NCBI GenBank assembly: GCA_017450945.1
Contig: JAFSSP010000002.1
Span: forward strand, 8,405 to 72,404
Reading direction: 5' to 3'
From: Clostridia bacterium
GTDB taxonomy: Bacteria > Bacillota > Clostridia > Oscillospirales > CAG-272
Length of the DNA stretch: 64,000 nt
The notes under the pieces are model-generated. The model saw only the letters and a program-made list of their open reading frames with translations. It was not told the DNA's origin and ran no database searches. The position numbers and the translations under genes are program-made. This document shows, piece after piece, positions 17,064 to 24,343 of this stretch (its first letter is position 1; the number at the start of each line of letters is the position of its first letter).

Positions 17064-18410
17064 TTATTTGTTGTCCTTTTTGCCCATCATTACAAGGCTC
17101 TTGGGGAGAATATAGGTTCCCGCAAATGCCACAAACATGGCGATGGCACAGATGAGGGTCATATAAGCCATTGCCTGCGAGCCCTCTTTTTTGCTTGCAT
17201 CCTTCAGGGCGACCAGCACCACGCCGGTTCCAAGCCCGGAAGCCACGCCGGAAAAGAGTCCCTGCACGGCAAAGTACATAGCCGAGTTGGAAATGCCGGT
17301 TCTTGCCTCTTCCTCAGCCGCAAGTTGAGCGGGGACCGAGTAAGCGACGGCAAAGAGCGAGCCGACCGCCATGGAGCAAATGAGTCCGCAGACCACCGAA
17401 AGGATGGTTTTGGGAAGTCCCGCACCAAGGAATTTGCCCACAAAGAACATGGCAAACATTCCGACGCCGAACAGAAGAAGAACATAGCGGAAAGCAAATC
17501 CGAATCCCTTTTTGCGCAGGATCACATTGTAAAGGATCAAGGTAAACGGAACCGGTGCAAAGGAGGTCGCCATGACCACCATCATATTGAGTCCCACAAA
17601 GGAGAAATACTCGTTGATGCCGCCGAGGAAAAGCTGTACGCCAAAGGTCATGAGCGCGTAGACGCACATCCAAAGCACATAGGTCTTGTTGCGGAAGGTG
17701 TGGCCGAGCGACTGAACGAGGTTGACCGATTTGACCTTTTCGACGTTCCCGAGTTCATCCTGGTTCTCTTTGATCATAAAGAGCGGAATGAGCATGGTCA
17801 GCGCCAGAGGCAGAACGATCAGCGCAACATACTTGATGTTGATACCGTTGAGCAAAATGCGAACCAGCACGTAGCCGATGATGAAATAGAAGATATCGCA
17901 AACCGACTTGACATTCGACATGAAGGTTCTGTCGGGCTCGTTGTCCACAATTTCGGTAAAGGTGGCGTAGTAGGTCACCATGGTCAGCGTATAGAAGCTA
18001 TAGAACACGCAAAGAACCACACCAAAGAAAATGGTGTTGCCGAGAGTGGCGCCCGAGGTGTTGGGAATGACAAGCGCAAACAGAAGGTAAGCCGCAACGG
18101 TCAGCACAAGGCCGATGAGGATCGACGGGCGGCGGCGCCCCCATTTGGTGCGCAAATTATCGGTAAAGGAAGCCATGGGAATGTCAATGATTCCGTCAAT
18201 GATCTTTGCAACCAAAACAAAGGTTGCCCAAACGGCGGCAACGACAAGATCCTTGCCAAGAAAAGTCTGGAAGGGGATCGCGTCAACACCGAATCCGCCG
18301 ACAAGCAGGGCGCTGCAAAGATAGGAGCCCATCATCAGGTTGAGCATATTGACGCCCATACCCGAGACGGCATAGACGAGCATTTGACTTCTTTTGGTTA
18401 ACCTTCTCAT
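17064..18410 (-). CDS. GPH (MelB/MFS_2) family cation symporter
   Basis: DGIIDIPMASFTDNLRTKWGRRRP matches the GPH loop signature (D..DP..G...D......GRRRP). Polytopic, 448 aa. Confidence 0.8.
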   Translation of the reverse strand: MRRLTKRSQMLVYAVSGMGVNMLNLMMGSYLCSALLVGGFGVDAIPFQTFLGKDLVVAAVWATFVLVAKIIDGIIDIPMASFTDNLRTKWGRRRPSILIGLVLTVAAYLLFALVIPNTSGATLGNTIFFGVVLCVFYSFYTLTMVTYYATFTEIVDNEPDRTFMSNVKSVCDIFYFIIGYVLVRILLNGINIKYVALIVLPLALTMLIPLFMIKENQDELGNVEKVKSVNLVQSLGHTFRNKTYVLWMCVYALMTFGVQLFLGGINEYFSFVGLNMMVVMATSFAPVPFTLILYNVILRKKGFGFAFRYVLLLFGVGMFAMFFVGKFLGAGLPKTILSVVCGLICSMAVGSLFAVAYSVPAQLAAEEEARTGISNSAMYFAVQGLFSGVASGLGTGVVLVALKDASKKEGSQAMAYMTLICAIAMFVAFAGTYILPKSLVMMGKKDNK

Positions 18411-18416
18411 TTTTCT

Positions 18417-19343
18417 TTAACCCTCCAGACATTTGGTCAGAATTTGTTTTTCGGCCTCAAGTCCCTCCGAGATCGGCGTGCCGACGTAGTAAGCGGCCAT
18501 AAGGCCGGGGCCTACGTTGATGCCGCAGGTGGGGTAAACGTCCTTGACGCAAACCTCCAGCGGGTGGAACTTCTCTTCGATCATGGCCTTATATTTTTCG
18601 GCCTGCGCCCTGCGGTTGCTCTGGGCGATGAAGATGACCTGTCCTTCGGGGTTGACAATGGTTTTTTCGATATAGCCGAGCAGAGCGGCGTAAGCGGCCT
18701 TCTCACCCTTGGCTTTTCCGATGACGGTGGTAAGCCCGTTGTAATCGAACTCGCCGATCGGTTTGATGCCGATGAGCGTGCCAAAGAAGGCGGCCGCGTG
18801 ATTGATGCGTCCCTTCTTTGCAACAAAGCTCAGATCGTCCAGCCAGCCTGCCTGGTGGTAAAGATTTTTGGTTTTTTCAAGCTCGGCCGCCGTTTCTTCC
18901 AGGCTGTGGCCCGCGGCACGGAACTTGGAGGCGTTGACCGCCATAAGACCGACTGCGGGGCCGAAGCGAAGCGAGTCGATCACTTCGATCTTGGCGTCCG
19001 GCATCTCTTCCAGCACCATGGCCTTTGCCTCGCACGCAAACTCGTAAGCGCCGCTGATCTTGCTTGAGAGCGCAAGGAACAGAACACCCTTCCCTTCGGA
19101 TACGATCTTCCGGAAAGCGTCGCGCACTTCGCCTGCGCTGGGGGGAGAGGTTTTGAAACGGTCGGGGTTTGCTTTGAGTGCGGAGTAAAACTCCTCTCTC
19201 GAAGTGGTTTCCCAACTGACAAAGGAATCGCTCTCCTTGCCGTCGATCACCAGATGTGCGATCAACATCTTGATCGAATACTTCTCCTGAAGATCCTTTT
19301 CCAGATCCGCGGAAGTATCTACCAAAATCTCAAAATCTGTCAT
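18417..19343 (-). CDS. DegV-family fatty-acid-binding protein (FakB-like), copy 2
   Basis: FEILVDTSADL start and FKTSPPS motif. 308 aa. Confidence 0.85.
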   Translation of the reverse strand: MTDFEILVDTSADLEKDLQEKYSIKMLIAHLVIDGKESDSFVSWETTSREEFYSALKANPDRFKTSPPSAGEVRDAFRKIVSEGKGVLFLALSSKISGAYEFACEAKAMVLEEMPDAKIEVIDSLRFGPAVGLMAVNASKFRAAGHSLEETAAELEKTKNLYHQAGWLDDLSFVAKKGRINHAAAFFGTLIGIKPIGEFDYNGLTTVIGKAKGEKAAYAALLGYIEKTIVNPEGQVIFIAQSNRRAQAEKYKAMIEEKFHPLEVCVKDVYPTCGINVGPGLMAAYYVGTPISEGLEAEKQILTKCLEG

Positions 19344-19357
19344 GTCGTTTTCCTTTC

Positions 19358-20305
19358 TTATGCTTCTGTATCGTCATTGAAACAGCGTTTCAAAAAACGG
19401 TCAACCGTTGTGTCGCCCTCCTCGGAGAGCTTTTGATAGCAAAGCGCGTGTGCCGCCCCCGGAACCGCAAGGAATTCCTTTTTGGAGGCACAGGCTTCAA
19501 AATTTTTGCGTCCGACCGAGATCGGGACTGTGCGATCCTCCTCGCCGTGGAGAAAGAGCGCGGGGATTTTTGTTTTTTTCAAGGATTCTTCAACCGAAAC
19601 CTTGAGGTCTTTGTGAAAGGCGCAAAGGCCGACCAGTCGTGCGACCGGCCGCATGAGGAAGATCGGCAGGTGCCTTTGTCTGGAATCACGAATGTACTGC
19701 CCGTATGGGCTTTCAAAGCCGCAATCAAGAATCATGCCCTTCACGCGACCGCCGTCCAGTTTGTCCGAGGCGTAGGCAATGGTGGCGCATCCCATGGAAA
19801 TACCCCAAAGAACGGCTTCCTCGGTATTGGTGTTTTCAAAAAGCCAGTCGATCCATTCTAAAAGATCCTCTTCTTCCACAACGCCGAGCGAGGGACGTCC
19901 CCCGCGGCTTGGTGTGTGCGCTCTGGAATAGGGGAGAAAAATGTTGTATCCTTTTTCGAGGAATTCGTTTGCGGCTCCGGCAAAATTGGTCAGCGGCCGC
20001 ACGCAAAATCCGTGGCAAAGAACAAGCGTTTTTTCGCTCTCCCCGGGATAGTAGTCGGCACAGAGCTGCAACTTTCCTTTGCGGCGCGCAACATGTTGCA
20101 CCGGGCGGCGCTCCAGACGTTCGACGTCGGCGCGCATCTCTTCAAGATAGGGTGCGGCGCTATCCTCTTCGGGGTGCTTTTCTTCCCAGGGATATTTCGG
20201 GGTTTTCTGGCGGAACACACCGAGAAAGGAGGCGATGACAGGCCCCACGATGAACAAAAGGTAGAGCCCGATCAGAGAGAGCAGAATAATCCAGAAGATT
20301 TCCAT
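19358..20305 (-). CDS. Membrane-anchored alpha/beta hydrolase (paralog 4)
   Basis: TM helix, GISMGCAT, LHGEEDRTVP and PGAAHA motifs. Closest to paralog 1. RBS AAGAGG. Confidence 0.85.
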   Translation of the reverse strand: MEIFWIILLSLIGLYLLFIVGPVIASFLGVFRQKTPKYPWEEKHPEEDSAAPYLEEMRADVERLERRPVQHVARRKGKLQLCADYYPGESEKTLVLCHGFCVRPLTNFAGAANEFLEKGYNIFLPYSRAHTPSRGGRPSLGVVEEEDLLEWIDWLFENTNTEEAVLWGISMGCATIAYASDKLDGGRVKGMILDCGFESPYGQYIRDSRQRHLPIFLMRPVARLVGLCAFHKDLKVSVEESLKKTKIPALFLHGEEDRTVPISVGRKNFEACASKKEFLAVPGAAHALCYQKLSEEGDTTVDRFLKRCFNDDTEA

Positions 20306-20314
20306 AAAACCTCT

Positions 20315-21262
20315 TTACAGGGAAATTGCTTTTTGTGCCGGAACAAGCTTTTGCAGGGATCTGCCCATCTTTGCTTCGTAGCGCCAGATGAGCGCCACGC
20401 GCGCGGAGTCTCCGCAAAGGGCAAGATACAGCGGAGGCGTCCCCTCATAAATGCCACAGAGGGACAGGGCGTTCTCTTTGAGAGAGGATTGCCGATAGAC
20501 TTCTCGCGCCCGCTCTTCCACTTCGCGACAGAAAAGCTCCTTCTCTCCCGCGGGGATCTCTTTTGCAAACAGCCCGACCGGCTCCTGCGAAACGGCGACA
20601 AGCGCGGCGGTATCGGTGGTGCAGATCGAAAACCGGAAAATCCCGGACACAAAGCCGGATTTGGTTCTTTTGAGCTTCCAGTTCTTTGGTTCGTAGGCAA
20701 GACTTTTTGAGACGGCATGCCCCAAAAGCGTCCAGGCAAACAGTTCTTTTTGGCTCTTTTCCGGCGGCATCTTTTTGATGGCGCGCAGAAGCGCTTTTGG
20801 CAAAGGACTGTCAAGCGGGGGCAATTCCTCCGAAAAGGACGCGATATAGACGTCAAGCACCGGACGCGCGCGCCAGCTTTTGCGCGCGGCCTCCTCCAGT
20901 TCGCAAAAATGTCTGCCGAACACGCACTCGTTGGCAAAATGCTCGCAGTTGTTCTTGAGAATGTCGTAACCGCCTTCTCCGATCCTTTCGCGGGCGATCT
21001 TCATCGTTTTTTTCGGAGAAAAGCGACTCCGCCGCTCGGCGCGGTCGAGCGAGGCGACCTCCACCAGCTTGCCGGCGGAAAACTCGTCAATGCTCACACT
21101 TTTTACAAAGATTTTGGAGGCGTCGCGGTTCAGCCCGTCGAGCGGTGCGTCTCCGAACTCGATGACCTCATCGTCCGAGCAGTAAACGCCGTAGTGACAA
21201 ATGGCGCCCACATGGATGCGGATCATATCTCCCGGAGAGCAATCGGCAAGGATCCACTTCAT
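20315..21262 (-). CDS. LRAT/PLAAT-like (permuted NlpC/P60) domain fused to a Sfp-type PPTase-like domain
   Basis: N-terminal half has GDMIRIHVGAICHYGVY (His box) and NNCEHFANECVFG (Cys box). C-terminal half parallels Sfp (PEKSQK.., LLGHAVSKSL, FRFSICTT..LVAVSQEPVGLFAKE), but the GxD Mg site is not conserved. Confidence 0.6.
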   Translation of the reverse strand: MKWILADCSPGDMIRIHVGAICHYGVYCSDDEVIEFGDAPLDGLNRDASKIFVKSVSIDEFSAGKLVEVASLDRAERRSRFSPKKTMKIARERIGEGGYDILKNNCEHFANECVFGRHFCELEEAARKSWRARPVLDVYIASFSEELPPLDSPLPKALLRAIKKMPPEKSQKELFAWTLLGHAVSKSLAYEPKNWKLKRTKSGFVSGIFRFSICTTDTAALVAVSQEPVGLFAKEIPAGEKELFCREVEERAREVYRQSSLKENALSLCGIYEGTPPLYLALCGDSARVALIWRYEAKMGRSLQKLVPAQKAISL

Positions 21263-21510
21263 TTCAGTTTTTTCTCGATGTAATCGACCACGTCGCCAAG
21301 CGTAACAAAATCGTTCATGCCGACGTTGTCAAAACGCATGGAAAAAGTCTCCTCAATGGCAAGGATCATATAGAGCATCCCGATCGAGGAAAGACCGACG
21401 TCGCTGGTGAGATTGGAATTTTCTTCAATCGCGTCCAACGAGTCTCTTTTGGCCGGGTCGGCTGAGAGCAGAATGCTTTTGAGCGTATCGATGATCTGTT
21501 GTCTTTCCAT
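21259..21510 (-). CDS. Acyl carrier protein, non-canonical attachment motif
   Basis: 83 aa. DVGLSSIGMLYMILAIEE occupies the place of DLGxDSLD. Overlaps its neighbours by 4 nt on one side and is 1 nt from the other. Confidence 0.75.
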   Translation of the reverse strand: MERQQIIDTLKSILLSADPAKRDSLDAIEENSNLTSDVGLSSIGMLYMILAIEETFSMRFDNVGMNDFVTLGDVVDYIEKKLK

Positions 21511-21511
21511 A

Positions 21512-23023
21512 TCAGTTCTTTTCCAGTTTGTAGCGGATGATCTTCATGCTGGGCGTGCGGACAAAATCGGTCTCGCGGATCACGATCTTCTGCGCGCGCT
21601 CGTAAGCCGGGAGCGATTGATTGACCTTCACCAGCTCGGCCATGAGAACTTCCATCGGCTTCTCGGCGCCGAGCTTTGCGATCTCGGTCATACGCGGGAC
21701 GACCTCAAGCGAGAGATAGTGCTTGCCGTTCTCGTCGACCGCCTCGAAGATCTGGCTGTCCTGCACAAGTTCGATCTTGTTGAAGAAGGCTTCGACTTCG
21801 GCGGGAGAAATGTTCTCTCCGTTGTCGAGAATGATGAGTTCCTTTTTGCGGCCGGTGATGTAGAGGAAGCCCTCGTCGTCAAAGCGGACAAGGTCGCCGG
21901 TCTTGAACCAACCGTCTTCAAAGGCGGCCGCGTTCTCCTCGGGATCGCCCACATAGCCGTCCATCAGGTTTGCACCCTTGAGCCAGAGCTCGCCGTCCAC
22001 GATCTTTACCTCCTGGTTTGGGTAAAGGAGGCCGACCGAATCCGGCTTTGCGAGGAAATCCGGGTTGCCGGAAACCAGGTTCGCAGTTTCGGTAAGTCCG
22101 TAGCCCGGGCAAAGGTGAATGCCCATTTTCTCATACTCGGTTACAAGGTAGGGGGCAACTGCGGCCGCGCCGCAGATGATGTATTTCATATCCTCGCCGA
22201 GCATGTTCTTGCCGAATCTGCGCGAGAGGGCGAGCGCCATCTCGGCAAGCGCCGGAACCACCACCAGCATGGTGGGGCGGAACATGGCGATATCGCGGAA
22301 GAGATCCTTGTTATCCTTGCAGATAAAGAGCGCGCTTCCGGTGTAAAGCGAGGTCAGAAGGTTGCGGATAAGTCCAAAGACGTGCGAGAGCGGGATGGCG
22401 AGCAGATAGCGCTGGCCGTACACCACCTCCAGACCGTAACAGCCGTTTGCGGTGCCTTGCATGACCGCGCGGTTGGAAAGCAGAGCTCCCTTGCTCTTGC
22501 CAGTCGTGCCGCCGGTGAACATGATGGCGCAGCCGTCCTCGGGTTTTACGTTTTTGTTGATCGGGCTTCCCTTCTCCGCCGCCGCATCGGTAGAAATGCA
22601 GGGAATGCCTTTTGCCTTTGCGATGTTCAGTTTGCCCTCCAGCACGGGAGCATACAGGATCGCCTTGGCCGAAAACTTCATGGTCACGCCGAACAGACTC
22701 ATCTCGTCGAGCTGTGCAGGAATCACGGCGGCGGTCATGCCGCTGGTCGAAACGGCAAGAAAAGCCTTGACAAACTCATAGGAGTTGGGGGCAAAGACCG
22801 AGACCCGGTCGCCGGCCTTGAGTCCGGCACCCAGAAGCGCGGTGCGAAGGATCGCCGCGTCGGCTTCCAATTCCGAGAAGGTGTGGGTTTGTCCATCGTA
22901 AACGATGGCCGGGCTGTCGGCATACTTCATAAGGCAGTTCTCCCACATCTCGCTTGTTGTGCCAAAGGCGCGGATGCTCGAGAAGAGCTCGGGGGACTGG
23001 TAATCTGCAAAGGTCTTTTTCAT
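21512..23023 (-). CDS. Acyl-AMP forming fatty-acid ligase (AMP-binding family)
   Basis: FTGGTTGKSKG, GYGLTET and GWFKTGDLVRFDDEGFLYITGRKKELII motifs. Confidence 0.88.
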   Translation of the reverse strand: MKKTFADYQSPELFSSIRAFGTTSEMWENCLMKYADSPAIVYDGQTHTFSELEADAAILRTALLGAGLKAGDRVSVFAPNSYEFVKAFLAVSTSGMTAAVIPAQLDEMSLFGVTMKFSAKAILYAPVLEGKLNIAKAKGIPCISTDAAAEKGSPINKNVKPEDGCAIMFTGGTTGKSKGALLSNRAVMQGTANGCYGLEVVYGQRYLLAIPLSHVFGLIRNLLTSLYTGSALFICKDNKDLFRDIAMFRPTMLVVVPALAEMALALSRRFGKNMLGEDMKYIICGAAAVAPYLVTEYEKMGIHLCPGYGLTETANLVSGNPDFLAKPDSVGLLYPNQEVKIVDGELWLKGANLMDGYVGDPEENAAAFEDGWFKTGDLVRFDDEGFLYITGRKKELIILDNGENISPAEVEAFFNKIELVQDSQIFEAVDENGKHYLSLEVVPRMTEIAKLGAEKPMEVLMAELVKVNQSLPAYERAQKIVIRETDFVRTPSMKIIRYKLEKN

Positions 23024-23691
23024 GATCTATCTCCTTCTGCAATTTTTTTGAGTTCTGCTTCTTTTTCTCTTAAAAATTCACTGAATTTCTGAATGCTGTC
23101 CATGGACGGCATGGCGCCAAGCCTCTCTCGGACGTCGATCGGCTCGCCGATGCAATAAACCGTGCGGCGATACCATTTTTCGGGCGTTTTTGAATAGATC
23201 GGAACGATCGGAACGCCGCTCCGGATCGCCATCATCACCAAGCCGGATTTGAAAACGTCCACCTCGGCTTCACTGGCGTTCACATGCCCTTCGGGATAGA
23301 TCGAAACGATGTTCCCAGCGGTCAGGTGATCGGTGATCTCGCGGAAGGTGCCGAGATTGAAGTTTTTGCGGTTCACCTCGATGCAGTGAAAGGCGTAGGT
23401 GAAGAGCCAGCGGGTAAACTTTTTTTCAAAAAGCTCGTCGGCGGCAACAAAGTGCATGCGCCGGTACCAAATTGAAAACTGGTCGCGCGCGGGATCGAGA
23501 AGACCTGTGTGGTTAAAAGACAGGACGGCACCGCCGCAGATCTTCTTTTTTGCGGCCGCATTCTCAAATCTCCACTTGGGCCGCAGAATGAGAAGCCAGC
23601 CCGGTGCGGCCAGAAGCCGACCAAAATCGTACAGAGCGTAGCGAAGATCGATGATGCGCGCTTTTTTATTTCTTTGCTTTTTTTGCTTCAT
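23020..23691 (-). CDS. PlsC-type acyltransferase (LPLAT) B
   Basis: ATG at 23691. NHTGLLD (HX4D) and IYPEGH boxes. Overlaps the upstream LPLAT by 26 nt and the downstream ligase by 4 nt. Confidence 0.75.
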   Translation of the reverse strand: MKQKKQRNKKARIIDLRYALYDFGRLLAAPGWLLILRPKWRFENAAAKKKICGGAVLSFNHTGLLDPARDQFSIWYRRMHFVAADELFEKKFTRWLFTYAFHCIEVNRKNFNLGTFREITDHLTAGNIVSIYPEGHVNASEAEVDVFKSGLVMMAIRSGVPIVPIYSKTPEKWYRRTVYCIGEPIDVRERLGAMPSMDSIQKFSEFLREKEAELKKIAEGDRS

Positions 23692-24313
23692 ACTCTTCCA
23701 AAAGATCGCCCAGTTCCATGATCCTTTCCCGGTATTTTTCCGAAATGCGGGCGAGCTGTTCCTTTTCGGACAGCGACGTGTCAAGATAGGCCAAGGTATC
23801 GATCGGTTTCCCGATCAAAACCGAAAGGCGTTTCTTTTTGAAATAAGAGCCGTTGGTATAAACCGGGATTACCGGAACGCCGCTCGAGAGGGCGAGGTAG
23901 GCCACGCTCGGCACAAAGGGGAGCGGCCGCGCCTCACCCGGAAGCGGAAGCCGACTCTCCGGGAAGACCAGAACCACGCCGCCCTTTTCCAGAATCTTTT
24001 TGGATTTTTCCACAAATCCGTAGTCATGGGCCTTGCGATCCACGCGGATGCCGCCCAGCCATTTGAGCAGGATGCGCAGTCCCTTTTTTTCAAAGAGGAC
24101 TTCGGCCATCTGCGCCCGGACGGTTCTGAAGAAAAAGACAAACAGGATCGCGACATAATCGAGGACCGAGGTGTGGTTGCTGATGATGATCGCGGGCCCT
24201 TTGATCCTTTTGCTTTGTATTTGTTTATCCTCGTAAAAGACGCGCGGCCGAAAGCAAATCACTTCGGTAAGCCAGCCCGTGATCTTTACGAAGGTGTTCC
24301 AAAATGTTATCAT
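23666..24313 (-). CDS. PlsC-type acyltransferase (LPLAT) A
   Basis: NHTSVLD (HX4D) and VFPESRL boxes. RBS AAGGAAG. Confidence 0.8.
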   Translation of the reverse strand: MITFWNTFVKITGWLTEVICFRPRVFYEDKQIQSKRIKGPAIIISNHTSVLDYVAILFVFFFRTVRAQMAEVLFEKKGLRILLKWLGGIRVDRKAHDYGFVEKSKKILEKGGVVLVFPESRLPLPGEARPLPFVPSVAYLALSSGVPVIPVYTNGSYFKKKRLSVLIGKPIDTLAYLDTSLSEKEQLARISEKYRERIMELGDLLEEYEAKKAKK

Positions 24314-24343
24314 GTATTCTTCCTTTTCAAGAAGCGTTTCGGG

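Noticed and set aside
16950-18401. 483-aa plus-strand ORF, plus 15609..16736
   Set aside because: They are antisense to the GPH transporter and the DAK2 gene. They are highly charged H/K/G/D-rich translations with no start context.
21407-23092. 561-aa plus-strand ORF, plus 25217..26146 and 23651..24574
   Set aside because: All are antisense to the acyl-AMP ligase and LPLAT genes, which carry clear catalytic motifs. The antisense translations are low-complexity with no motifs.
23020-24313. Single frameshifted LPLAT pseudogene instead of two genes
   Set aside because: Each frame has its own complete HX4D and FPEG-like boxes and a normal PlsC-domain length (about 215-223 aa). They are therefore tandem paralogs with a 26-nt overlap, not halves of one gene.
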